64,000 bases of DNA from an uncultured Acidobacteriota bacterium (GTDB lineage Bacteria > Acidobacteriota > Thermoanaerobaculia > Multivoradales > JAHEKO01): NCBI GenBank assembly GCA_963713825.1, contig CAVQNG010000025.1:892415-956414 (forward strand), given 5' to 3'. Made by a program: the position numbers and the translations under genes. How positions within the stretch are numbered: the first letter of the stretch is position 1; the number at the start of each line of letters is the position of its first letter. The notes under the pieces are model-generated. The model made no database searches, was not told the origin of the DNA, and saw nothing but the letters and a program-made list of their open reading frames with translations. Shown here in pieces: positions 9,354 to 18,637 of the stretch.

Positions 9354-9599
9354 ATGCTGGGGTTTTCCCTGACGAAGGTTGTGGAGGTTCTGGTCGTTGT
9401 GCTGGTGCCGATGGCGATGGTTTTTCTCGGGGATCGCAATACATCGCTGCCCAGTCGGCTGGCATTGGGCCTGGGCCTGGTGGGCGGGTTGCTTTTCTTG
9501 GTGTCCGTCCTCTCCAGTTCGGGTGTTGCAGAGGAGTACTTGGTGGCGGCGACGGTCGGTCTGGGCCTTGGCGGCTGGTCGCGGTCTACTTCACCCTGA
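9354..9599 (+). CDS. Small membrane protein (81 aa, about 3 hydrophobic segments)
   Basis: Strong AGGAGGT RBS before ATG; hydrophobic segments; 14-nt overlap with convergent gene. Confidence 0.55.
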   Translation: MLGFSLTKVVEVLVVVLVPMAMVFLGDRNTSLPSRLALGLGLVGGLLFLVSVLSSSGVAEEYLVAATVGLGLGGWSRSTSP

Positions 9600-10149
9600 T
9601 GATGAAGTAGGTGCCGTGGTACTGCGGACGGCCGTCCCCTCCATGGTTGTGGTTGCCGTTGACGTTGATCTGCAGATCGTGCGTATGCCGGAAGCCACGG
9701 TTGCCCGACGAGTCGAGATAGCGGGGTGAGCCTGACACCTGATTCACTCGATTGGTCGCGTTGCCGCGGTGATTGTGCTGGCCGCCCATGGTGATCTCGT
9801 TGGATCCACCCGTGCTGTTCAGCTCATCCGCGGAGGCCACGCCCATGACAAATCGGTTGTCCATGAGGTTGGGTAGCGCTTTGCCATGAAACGGCGAATT
9901 GGCATCGCTGACGGTTCGACCGTCGCAGGGGAGCCACCCCTGAGGTAGCGAGTCGAGGCTGCCAACGTAGGGCAGAATGGCACCGACCGGGACACCGATG
10001 AGGTTCGAGCCTCCGCCGCTGGAAGCCGGATCGGCAGGGGCCATGTCCCCACGGTCGGGCTGTGCAAGGAGTCCGAAAGCGCCAAGGGCGGATACTCCTG
10101 CAACAACCAAGATGAGCCAGAGCCGGTGCTGTCGGGATGAGGGTCTCAT
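9586..10149 (-). CDS. Exported phage tail-collar-domain / HxH fibre-like protein
   Basis: AGGAG RBS; N-terminal hydrophobic segment; PVGAILPY..PQGWLPCDG..LPNL..RFVMG collar motif; three HxH motifs; C-terminal FIIR. Confidence 0.75.
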   Translation of the reverse strand: MRPSSRQHRLWLILVVAGVSALGAFGLLAQPDRGDMAPADPASSGGGSNLIGVPVGAILPYVGSLDSLPQGWLPCDGRTVSDANSPFHGKALPNLMDNRFVMGVASADELNSTGGSNEITMGGQHNHRGNATNRVNQVSGSPRYLDSSGNRGFRHTHDLQINVNGNHNHGGDGRPQYHGTYFIIRVK

Positions 10150-10219
10150 GCTGATCTCCTTGCCGCCGTTTGGCAAGCGGTCCGTTCAATCGTTCGGTTA
10201 CTACCCGAGCCTAGCAGTT

Positions 10220-11938
10220 TCACCTCGAAAAGGCGGTGGACTCCAGGCTCTCGGCCCATTCGGTCTCGATCGTTGCCGGCCCGGGCATCTTCTGGACAAG
10301 GAAGATCTCGGCCAGACGCCGATGGGCATCCACGTCCCGGGTGACGTCGTAGAGATACAAGGAATGGCCCAGGATCGCTTCTGGCTCGCGTGAGGCGAGC
10401 CAGGCAAAGGCCTCGGGCGTTGGCCGATAGACACCCTGTATGTGCGTTGCCGAAACAGCTAAAAGCGCCCGTACTTCCTGGCGTAGGTCGAGGTTTGGAT
10501 CGCCTCTACGCGGTCGCGACGATTCGTAGTGCACCGGCAGGTAGTGGATGCCGTACGCCTCGGGGTCGGCATTGCCAAAGTAGGAAAGGTAGACGCCGTC
10601 AATACCCTCGTTGGCGAGGTAGGAATCGAGGTGGCGTAGCTCCTGGCCCCAGTCGAGGTTGGAGTCGGCCAGGTAGTCTATTGCTGAGTCGGGATCGCCG
10701 ATGAGCTGATTGAAATAGGCGATGTAATGCGGCTGGGCCGTTACCGTGTCGACCACCATCCAGATTCCCAGGGCGCCGAGAAGCAGGCGCCAACCAGGTC
10801 CCTTGCGGTGCCAGATTCGAGCGCCAGCTTCACCCGCGATCAGAAAGAGCAGTGGGAAGAAGGGCAGTAGATGTCGCAGCCCTATCTGGAGGTCCGATAG
10901 TGAAGCGACGACGAAGAACAGCGCCGAAGGAAAGACCAGCCAGAGAGTGACGACGTGGCGATGCGGTGAGCTGCGAAGCATCAAGAGGGCTGCCGCGAGC
11001 AGCAGCAGGAACGGTATCGGGGTTTTCAGTAGGAACGCGACGAGAAAGTAGATGGGCGACCCGCTGACGGAGAGTCGTCCGAGCAGGTAGTTCTCGTGCC
11101 CGGCCGCGCTGTGAAACAGAACCTCCTTTACGGAGGAGAAGAAGGCCCCGAGGTCCCCGAAGTAGATCGTCGTAAGAACCACTGTAGAAGCTGCCAGACA
11201 GAGGCCGCTGTGAACTAGAAAATCCTTGCGGCTCGGTGGTTTTGCGCGCCAGGTCCAGGCCAGGATGAACAGATAGATCGGCAGCAGGATGACGGCCGAG
11301 CCCTTGGTCGCCAGGGCGATGCCGAGTCCGACGCCAGCCACCACAGCCCGTCCAGATGTCGGCTGCTCGACATAGCGATACAGACAGAAGAGAGCGAGAG
11401 GGAAGGCGAGGGCGATCGCCAGGTCCGTGGTAGCGAGGTGGCCGTGCGCCAGGATCAGTGGGTTGAAAGCGCACGAAAAAAGGGCGATCGCTCCGGCTGG
11501 AGGGCCGAACAGGCGGTTGCCCCACCACCAGAGAAAGATCCCGAGCAGGATCGAAATTCCGATCACCATCCGTCGCGCCGGCATCAGCATCTGATCGGCA
11601 GGCACCGTGTTCTCGTAGAGAAACTCGACGCTCAGAGGCCAGTAGGGAGGCATCGATCCGTCGGGATTCGCCTCTGCCTCGTCGATGGGTAGGAAAAGCA
11701 ATGGCAGCGCTTCGATCAGCCGTGCCAGGGGTGGATGCTCACGATCGATGTCGTAGCGACCTGTCTTCCAGAGATGGTGCCCCGCGACCAGGTTGGGAGG
11801 CTCGTCCATGATTCCCGAGTCGTGTCGGGCCGCGCCGTAGGACAAGCCGAAGAGCGCTCCGAGAAGGAGGATTGGAATCAGCGCCGTAAGCACTCGCCGC
11901 AGAGCGGGGAGGATCGATCTGGCTCGGGATGGGGGCAT
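10220..11938 (-). CDS. GT-C fold membrane glycosyltransferase (ArnT/PMT-like)
   Basis: DE and EHPPL motifs in first loop, multiple TM helices, ALATKGS, GLRHLLP, DSNLDWGQ. Confidence 0.8.
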   Translation of the reverse strand: MPPSRARSILPALRRVLTALIPILLLGALFGLSYGAARHDSGIMDEPPNLVAGHHLWKTGRYDIDREHPPLARLIEALPLLFLPIDEAEANPDGSMPPYWPLSVEFLYENTVPADQMLMPARRMVIGISILLGIFLWWWGNRLFGPPAGAIALFSCAFNPLILAHGHLATTDLAIALAFPLALFCLYRYVEQPTSGRAVVAGVGLGIALATKGSAVILLPIYLFILAWTWRAKPPSRKDFLVHSGLCLAASTVVLTTIYFGDLGAFFSSVKEVLFHSAAGHENYLLGRLSVSGSPIYFLVAFLLKTPIPFLLLLAAALLMLRSSPHRHVVTLWLVFPSALFFVVASLSDLQIGLRHLLPFFPLLFLIAGEAGARIWHRKGPGWRLLLGALGIWMVVDTVTAQPHYIAYFNQLIGDPDSAIDYLADSNLDWGQELRHLDSYLANEGIDGVYLSYFGNADPEAYGIHYLPVHYESSRPRRGDPNLDLRQEVRALLAVSATHIQGVYRPTPEAFAWLASREPEAILGHSLYLYDVTRDVDAHRRLAEIFLVQKMPGPATIETEWAESLESTAFSR

Positions 11939-12191
11939 GGTTCCTTGGCTCAGCAGTCAAGAAAGGGGCGACTAGACGACGATGCCGGACCTGTTGTGCA
12001 TGGATGCTCTCATGTTATGGCAAGATCCACGGATCTGAGATTCTTCGCATGACCTCGACGTTTCGAGGCGGCGAGCCGATCGGCTCGAATTGGGATGTCC
12101 GGGGCAGATCGGCAGATAGAATGTCGAGGTCCATCGAGGCATGCTCGACTCGTCGATCTGGCGAGCTACGACGTTGAAAGGGAGGAGAGCT

Positions 12192-12749
12192 TTGAAGAAA
12201 CTACTCATTCTCGCAATGCTGCTCATCGGAGCGACCGGAGCCTGGGCCGGGGAGCTGGCGGGTGTCACCATGCCGGACACGGTGCAGGTGGGTGACGACT
12301 CTCTGTCACTCAACGGAATGGGGCTGCGCAAAAAGTCCATCATCAAGGTCTATGTAGGGGGTCTTTACCTGTCCGAACCCAGTAGCGAAGCTGGGAACAT
12401 CCTGGCTGCTGACAGCCCTCGCGTGACCCGCATGAGCTTCCTCCGGGGAGTCAAGGCGGGTCAGCTGTGTGGGGGATGGACTGAGGGTCTCGAGAACAAC
12501 ACGCCTGGCGCCAGCGCCGAGGTTGCCCAGCAGTTCGAGACGCTTTGTAGCTACATGGAAGACATGGGCAAAGGCGACGCCATGGTCTACGCCTATGAAC
12601 CGGGCAAGGGGACCACCGTCGAAGTCAATGGAGCGGTCAAGGGAACCCTCGGCGGAAAGCCCTTCGCTGACGCCCTTTTTGCGTGCTGGATCGGAGACGA
12701 ACCGCCCAGTGCTGAATTCAGGGATGGGCTGCTGGGCCGATCGCACTAG
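12192..12749 (+). CDS. Exported chalcone-isomerase-like fold protein
   Basis: GGAGGAG RBS before TTG; signal peptide; LNGMGLRKK..IKVYVGGLYL and F..WIG.EPPS..F..GLLG. Confidence 0.85.
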   Translation: MKKLLILAMLLIGATGAWAGELAGVTMPDTVQVGDDSLSLNGMGLRKKSIIKVYVGGLYLSEPSSEAGNILAADSPRVTRMSFLRGVKAGQLCGGWTEGLENNTPGASAEVAQQFETLCSYMEDMGKGDAMVYAYEPGKGTTVEVNGAVKGTLGGKPFADALFACWIGDEPPSAEFRDGLLGRSH

Positions 12750-12770
12750 CCTCGAATTGCGAGCCTGTTG

Positions 12771-13631
12771 CTAGGGCCCGATGCCCATCCAGCGGGGTAG
12801 GTCGGCGATGGAGTCGAGCACTGCGTCGGCTGTTTCCAGAGTGGTTGCCTCTGCCTCGGGTCTGTACTTGCCTGTGCGGACAGCAACTGCGACAAGGCCG
12901 GCCGCGTGGGCGCCTCTGATGTCGGCCTCCAGATCGTCGCCGACCATGGCGATTCGGTCCGTGGCGAGACCGAAATCTCGAGCGACGGTGCGAAACAGCT
13001 CTGGGCTGGGCTTGCCCACGAGGTGAGCCTCCAGGTCGGTGGCGAATTCGAGCGCCGCCACGAAGGGGCCGGCATCGAGACTCAGCTGGCCTTGGTGTTT
13101 CCAGAAGCGATTCTTCTGCATCGCGACCAGTTCCGCTCCTGCCATCAGGGCTCGAAAGGCCCTGTCCAGAATCTCGAATGTCCACTGGTCCCCGAGGTCG
13201 GCGACCACGACGAAGTCGGGGCTGTGACTGTCCAGATCGAATTCTGCGAACTCCTCTCGGGTCGCAGGATCGACCAGCAACATCAGCTTTTCTGCGCCGC
13301 GCTCCCGTAGCCAGGCGGCTGTCACCGCTGGAGCAGTGAGGCAGTCCTGAACTGGGACATCCAGACCGACGGCTGAAAGTTGAGAGAGAAGCTCAGCTCG
13401 CGGCCGCCGTGTCGTATTGGTCAGAAACCGGAAGGGGATCCCTGCTCGCCGTAATCTGGACAGGCTGTCGATGGCCCCGTCGATCGGAACATTGTCCTGC
13501 AGGATGGTTCCATCGATGTCGAGAAGACAGCCTTCGATTCCTCTGTGGACGCTCTCAGGTGAGCCCAAAGTGCGATCTCCTCCCAGAGTTTCAGGGTTGT
13601 TCCCTGAGGCAGTCGCAGCCGCGGTGCTCAA
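12771..13631 (-). CDS. HAD-superfamily class IIA hydrolase (LHPP/NagD-like)
   Basis: LLDIDGT, FLTNTT, VGKPS, MVGDDLEADIRGA, VRTGKY; TTG start overlaps upstream stop. Confidence 0.9.
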   Translation of the reverse strand: MSTAAATASGNNPETLGGDRTLGSPESVHRGIEGCLLDIDGTILQDNVPIDGAIDSLSRLRRAGIPFRFLTNTTRRPRAELLSQLSAVGLDVPVQDCLTAPAVTAAWLRERGAEKLMLLVDPATREEFAEFDLDSHSPDFVVVADLGDQWTFEILDRAFRALMAGAELVAMQKNRFWKHQGQLSLDAGPFVAALEFATDLEAHLVGKPSPELFRTVARDFGLATDRIAMVGDDLEADIRGAHAAGLVAVAVRTGKYRPEAEATTLETADAVLDSIADLPRWMGIGP

Positions 13632-14107
13632 CCCTCGACAAGCTCTGAATAGAGTCCGAACAGTACCAGGAATAGGAGAGTCCCGGCGATGATCGGGACT
13701 GGGTTGGTCGACAGAAGGCCATCGGTGCCACCACCAATGTTGGCGAGGGCTGTGCCGGTCCGACCCAGCCAAGAGCGGACCAGCGGCCAGCTCATGGCGG
13801 TTCCAATCGCCAACCCTACGGCACCGGTGGCCAGGGCGATTTTCTCCGCGGCACGAATTGGCCTCGTGGCTCTGTCGGCTGCCTGGAGTAGGCGTTGCTG
13901 CCGAGCTTGAATCCAGATCCGGCCCGGGTCGGGCAATCTCGATAGCTCCGGCGCCCGACGAGCCTCGCTCTGCAAAAGGTCGTCGATCGAGACGGCCTCC
14001 GAGCAGGATCGGCAGGTGGCGAGGTGTCGGCTCAGCTCTGCGGTCAGACCGTCAGACCGGGTCGCTACCAGTATCTGGTCTTCCAAGGCGCACGGTCGAT
14101 CTCTCAT
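13628..14107 (-). CDS. Zinc-binding (ZAS-type) membrane anti-sigma factor
   Basis: HLATCRSC (HxxxCxxC), two TM segments, coupled directly downstream of the ECF sigma gene. Confidence 0.8.
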   Translation of the reverse strand: MRDRPCALEDQILVATRSDGLTAELSRHLATCRSCSEAVSIDDLLQSEARRAPELSRLPDPGRIWIQARQQRLLQAADRATRPIRAAEKIALATGAVGLAIGTAMSWPLVRSWLGRTGTALANIGGGTDGLLSTNPVPIIAGTLLFLVLFGLYSELVEG

Positions 14108-14688
14108 GAGTCTTCCTCCACGCTGCGATTCGACTCTTCGAGCATAGCGGCGAGCTTCTTTCTGGCCCGAAACAACAGAAGTCGAATGCTGCCTGCCTTG
14201 AGACCCAGAATCTCGGCGATCTCCTTGTGGCTGAAGCGCTCCACATGGCCCAGCCAGAGCAGCTCCCGCTCTCTGGGTTTGAGTTGCATCATGGCCCTTC
14301 GCAGATCATGCTGTAGGTGGACCTGGTGCTCGTGGCCCTTGACGCTGGGTTCGTGCTCGAGAGGTAGCTGGGCCCGTTGGGCACCCCTGAAGTGATCACG
14401 AAGAAGGTTGGTGGCGATTCTGAAAAGGTAGTTCTTGGCGTGATCTTCGCTCTCAGGCTCGAAATTGGCCCGCAGAAAGCGAAAATAGGACTCCTGAACG
14501 AGATCGTCGGCCAGCGAGCCGTTACCCGTGGCTCTGGCTATGTAGCCCCAAAGTGGACGCGCGGTTCGGTCATAGAGGGCTCGGAAAGCGGCTTCGTCGA
14601 GGCCACCCTTCCGCCCGGTGGTTTCGGTGGTCTGGATCGCAAGGTCATCGACCACGGCAACTCCGCTGGCACTTAGAGACCATAGCAT
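14104..14688 (-). CDS. ECF RNA polymerase sigma factor
   Basis: Region 2 (ADDLVQESY, YLFRIATN) and region 4 (SHKEIAEILG..GSIRLLLFRAR); start position uncertain. Confidence 0.9.
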   Translation of the reverse strand: MLWSLSASGVAVVDDLAIQTTETTGRKGGLDEAAFRALYDRTARPLWGYIARATGNGSLADDLVQESYFRFLRANFEPESEDHAKNYLFRIATNLLRDHFRGAQRAQLPLEHEPSVKGHEHQVHLQHDLRRAMMQLKPRERELLWLGHVERFSHKEIAEILGLKAGSIRLLLFRARKKLAAMLEESNRSVEEDS

Positions 14689-14784
14689 TGCAGTCTCACC
14701 TTCCGTTGCTCCGACGAGCCCGTCTGCCTGGCCCTGATTCGGCTCGGCAGCCAAGCTGGGAGAGGCCCCTCTCTCTGGTCGAGT

Positions 14785-15240
14785 CTAGTTACCCTTCTGC
14801 CCATTGAGGAGTCCCCAGCTGCGGGAGAGCCGAGTCGAGACTGCAGCCGAGACCAGAAAGCCGATTCCCAAGGCCAGGCTCAGGGTACCGATGAAGATCA
14901 TCCCCAGGCTGTCATGGGTATCGGTAAACCGTGATTCCATGATCAAGAATGCCATTCCCGCCGCTGTCAAAATGAGCCCGACCTGGACTGAGCCGAGGAT
15001 CCGTTTTAGCGGACTGGCCTGCTCGATCGTCGCAGAGAGGAGAAACCTCTCGCCCACGTCGCTCTCCAGGTAGGTGCGCAAGTCGTCGTTGGAGTTGAAT
15101 TTGTCGAGTAGCTTGCCCTGCAGCTCTGCTTGTAGGGTGGTGGTCTTCAGTTGTCGGCGATGTCCGAGATAGGAGCGAAAGATCCAGCCCAGCGTTGCCA
15201 GTATTCCCACGCTTCCCAGAATTGGTGCCAAAACGTCCAT
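14785..15240 (-). CDS. Membrane protein (3 TM), first gene of the ECF sigma operon
   Basis: AAAGGAG RBS; N-terminal TM, soluble segment, two C-terminal TMs. Confidence 0.75.
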   Translation of the reverse strand: MDVLAPILGSVGILATLGWIFRSYLGHRRQLKTTTLQAELQGKLLDKFNSNDDLRTYLESDVGERFLLSATIEQASPLKRILGSVQVGLILTAAGMAFLIMESRFTDTHDSLGMIFIGTLSLALGIGFLVSAAVSTRLSRSWGLLNGQKGN

Positions 15241-15310
15241 GATCGTCTCCTTTGTTCAAATCGGGCAGCTGTCAGGTGTCGTTTGTCTAGACTGCCTCAT
15301 TCCGACTCTT

Positions 15311-15338
15311 ACAACGACCGGAAGGCAAATTGGTTAAC
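15311..15338 (-). promoter_or_regulatory. Putative ECF-sigma promoter (GTTAAC-N16-CGTTGT)
   Basis: AAC-N16-CGT spacing matches the generic ECF consensus; about 70 nt upstream of the ECF operon. Confidence 0.5.
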
Positions 15339-15413
15339 AGCCCTGCCGGGATCTTGTCATCCCATGTGCAGTCCTCAACTGCTACAGAGCTCGAGAAGCC
15401 CCAGAATACTTGG

Positions 15414-17873
15414 GTGTTCGACTCCGTGCACATAATGTCCCTGTGTTCGGCTCTCGTCGCGGGGCTGAACCTCCTGCTGGGCGCCTACATCATCCTGCGG
15501 AATCGTCGGGAGCGTCTGAATCAGATCTTCTTCCTTATCAGCGTCTGCTTCGCGATGTGGTCTTTCGCCTTCGCCTTCTGGCCCTCGGCCCCCACCAAGG
15601 AGTACGCCTGGTTCTGGTTTCGTCTCTCTGCGATTGGGTGGACCCTCACCCCTTCTCTCCTTCTGCACTTCCTGATCCTTATCTCACGCCGGGATCACGT
15701 GCTGCAGAGCCGGTGGAGCTACCCGGTGATCTACCTGCCGGGTATCTATTTCTTCCTGCAAGCGCAGTTCGGTCGTATGGGGGTCGTTGACTTCGTGCAG
15801 ACGCCCTTTGGCTGGTCGGATGTTTACCAGCCGATGACCTTCAGCTTTGCCGGTTACTTGATCTACTTCTCGCTCTACATCTGCATTGGGATGGTCTTGG
15901 TGCTGCTGTGGGGATTGCGGACCGAGAGAGTCGCGGAGCGCCGCCAGTCCCAGATCCTTTTGATCATGGGCCTGCCGGTTCTGGTCGTCGTAGCGCTGTC
16001 GGGCATCTTTCTGCCCATGTGGGGCATCCGAAGACCGCCCGAGGTAGCACATCTGGTAGCCGCTCTCTGGGTGCTCAGTATCTGGTTCGCGGTCTTGCGC
16101 TACCGACTGATGATCCTGAGTCCGGCAATCGTCGCGCCAGACATCTTCCGGACCATGGCCGATGCGGCCGTACTGGTCGACCTCGAAAACCAGGTCGTTG
16201 GCCTGAATCGATCCGCCGAGGACCTGCTCGGCGCCAAGGAGCAACAGCTCAGAGGTTCGGCGGTCGAAGGGCTGTTCGAGACTGCAGACTCGACGGAGTC
16301 AGAGACCATACGCCGGCTGATCGCCAGCTCCGAGGGACGCACGATGGAGCTCAACATGCGACGGCGGTCAGGAGATACAGCGACCTTGAGAGTCTCCGTC
16401 TCCAAAGTGAGGGATCGGTTCGCGCAACCCCTGGGGACGGTTCTCCTGATGCGGGACATCAGCGACCAGAAGCGAGCCGAAGCCGACTTGAAGTACTTGA
16501 CGACGCACGACCCCTTGACCGACCTGCCCAATCGGTCGTTGCTCAGCGATCGCTTGAAGAGGGCTCTGCAGAGGGCGATTCGGGAGAAGCACCCCTTTGC
16601 CCTCCTGATGTTCGATCTCGACGATTTCAGGCGGATCAACGACGCCTATGGTCCGCAGAGTGGAGACCTCGTGCTGCAGGAGGCTGCTCGTCGCCTCAAC
16701 CGCTCTGTGCGCGGCTTGGACACCGTGTGTCGGCTCGGCGGAGACGAGTTCATGATCGTGGTCGAAGACCTGCTCGAATCGGGTGACTCCGACATCGTTG
16801 CGCAGCGCATTCTGGATTCGTTCGCAGAGCCGATCGAGGCCGAGGAGCGGTCGATCACCGTTACCGGCTCGATTGGCATCAGCACCTATCCGTTCGACGG
16901 CCTCGACACGGAGACCCTGGTCAAGAAGGCGGACCTGGCGCTCACCAGCTCGAAGCAGCGGGGCAGGGGCGGCTATCAGTACTACGCACCTCGCATGGAT
17001 GCCATGAACCGTCAGCGGGTGGCCATCGAGCAAGGACTTCAAGAAGCGATCGCAGCAGACGAGTTCTACCTCGTCTACCAACCTTTGGTGGATTTCTCTT
17101 CCGGCAAGATCGCAGGAATCGAGGCCCTGATCCGCTGGCAGTCGAGAGACCTGGGTTTGATGAGTCCGCTGAGCTTCATTCCGATTGCGGAGAGATCAGG
17201 GTTGATCGTGCCGATTGGGGAGTGGGTCCTGAGAACCGCCTGCGCAGCCAACCGCCAGTGGCAGGACGAAGGGTTCCCGGCAGTTCCCATCGGCGTCAAT
17301 ATCTCGGCCCGGCAGCTCCAGGAGCCGAATTTCGTCGAGATGGTGGAGACGGTGCTGCAGGAGACCGGCTTGAGGCCAGAGCTCCTCGAGCTCGAGCTCA
17401 CCGAGAGTACTGCCATGGAGGATGTTTCTCGATCCCAGGCGCTGCTGACGCAACTGCAGGAGGGTGGGGTCCAGATCGTCATCGACGATTTCGGCACCGG
17501 CTACTCGTCCCTCATGCGACTCAAGCTGCTACCCATGGACACGGTAAAGGTCGATCGCTCCTTCATCGAGAACATCGCCAGGGATCCAAAGGACCGAGCA
17601 TTGGTGATGGCGATTGTCGCCATGGCTCGCAACCTGGGTGTCAAAGTGGTGGCCGAAGGCGTCGAGACGATGGAGCAGCTCGAGGTGCTGCGTTCCTTCG
17701 AGACCCAGCCGCTCGCCGTGCTGCGCTGCGACAAGGTGCAGGGGAACCTCTTCAGCACGCCCGTCGGGACCGAGGGTGTGCCGTCGCTCTTCGATCTCGC
17801 CGCGGATGACGACGGCCCGTTCGAGAGCATTCGGCGAGTAGTCGCCCATAGGTCGAGAGCCCTCCGTCAGTAG
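15414..17873 (+). CDS. 7TM-PAS-GGDEF-EAL diguanylate cyclase/phosphodiesterase
   Basis: N-terminal TM helices, PAS, HDPLTDLPNR, RLGGDEF, IEALIRW, DDFGTGYSS, AEGVET; start may be 15330-15435. Confidence 0.92.
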   Translation: MFDSVHIMSLCSALVAGLNLLLGAYIILRNRRERLNQIFFLISVCFAMWSFAFAFWPSAPTKEYAWFWFRLSAIGWTLTPSLLLHFLILISRRDHVLQSRWSYPVIYLPGIYFFLQAQFGRMGVVDFVQTPFGWSDVYQPMTFSFAGYLIYFSLYICIGMVLVLLWGLRTERVAERRQSQILLIMGLPVLVVVALSGIFLPMWGIRRPPEVAHLVAALWVLSIWFAVLRYRLMILSPAIVAPDIFRTMADAAVLVDLENQVVGLNRSAEDLLGAKEQQLRGSAVEGLFETADSTESETIRRLIASSEGRTMELNMRRRSGDTATLRVSVSKVRDRFAQPLGTVLLMRDISDQKRAEADLKYLTTHDPLTDLPNRSLLSDRLKRALQRAIREKHPFALLMFDLDDFRRINDAYGPQSGDLVLQEAARRLNRSVRGLDTVCRLGGDEFMIVVEDLLESGDSDIVAQRILDSFAEPIEAEERSITVTGSIGISTYPFDGLDTETLVKKADLALTSSKQRGRGGYQYYAPRMDAMNRQRVAIEQGLQEAIAADEFYLVYQPLVDFSSGKIAGIEALIRWQSRDLGLMSPLSFIPIAERSGLIVPIGEWVLRTACAANRQWQDEGFPAVPIGVNISARQLQEPNFVEMVETVLQETGLRPELLELELTESTAMEDVSRSQALLTQLQEGGVQIVIDDFGTGYSSLMRLKLLPMDTVKVDRSFIENIARDPKDRALVMAIVAMARNLGVKVVAEGVETMEQLEVLRSFETQPLAVLRCDKVQGNLFSTPVGTEGVPSLFDLAADDDGPFESIRRVVAHRSRALRQ

Positions 17874-17885
17874 AATGGAGGGGCC

Positions 17886-18629
17886 ATGGAGGCCTCTCGA
17901 GAAGCGAAACTCGCCGACGCCGTCGGTGAGATCGAGGCCTGCCTGCGCCAGGACTCGAACCCGGAGCGGGCGCGCGGGGCTAAGCGCTATCTCAAGAGCG
18001 ATCTCGACTTCCTCGGCGTCGGGGTGCCCGATCTCCGACGGCAGGTTAGCTCTTGGTCGCGGCATCATCCCGCTATCGATCGCCTGGCTCTCTCCGAGTT
18101 GTGCCGAGCCCTCTGGCGGCGCCGCATCAACGAGCTGCGCATCTTCGCCATCGAGCTACTTCGGGATCGCCAGGACTGCCTGGAGCGCTCCGATATCGAG
18201 TTGCTGGAGTGGATGCTGAGGCGCTCGAACACCTGGGCCTATGTCGATGCCATCGCAGTCCATCTGGTGGGTCCGATGGTGGAGCGGTTCCCTCGACTCT
18301 CGAGAGAGATGGACCGATGGGCCAGGGACGATGAATTCTGGTTGCGCCGCGCCGCGATGCTGGCGCTGCTGCTTCCCCTGCGTCGGGGCGCGGGCGACTG
18401 GAAGCGCTTCGAGCGCTATGCGGACGACATGCTGGAGGAGAAGGAGTTCTTCATTCGCAAGGCGATCGGCTGGGTGCTGCGAGAGGTGAGCAAGAAGGAC
18501 ACGGAGAGAGTCTCCGGGTTCGTCGGCCCGCGGATCGGCCGCATCTCGGGAGTGACGCTTCGCGAAGCCGTCAAATATCTACCCGAAGACGAGAAGGAAA
18601 ACCTGCTGCGGGCCTTCCGAGCCCGCTAG
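17886..18629 (+). CDS. DNA alkylation repair protein (AlkD-like HEAT-repeat)
   Basis: FLGVGVPDLR, NTWAYVD, FWLRRAA, EFFIRKAIGWVLRE. Confidence 0.85.
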   Translation: MEASREAKLADAVGEIEACLRQDSNPERARGAKRYLKSDLDFLGVGVPDLRRQVSSWSRHHPAIDRLALSELCRALWRRRINELRIFAIELLRDRQDCLERSDIELLEWMLRRSNTWAYVDAIAVHLVGPMVERFPRLSREMDRWARDDEFWLRRAAMLALLLPLRRGAGDWKRFERYADDMLEEKEFFIRKAIGWVLREVSKKDTERVSGFVGPRIGRISGVTLREAVKYLPEDEKENLLRAFRAR

Positions 18630-18637
18630 GTGCAACC

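Noticed and set aside
9586-10149. Prophage
   Set aside because: Only a lone tail-collar domain; no integrase, terminase, capsid or other tail genes in the window.
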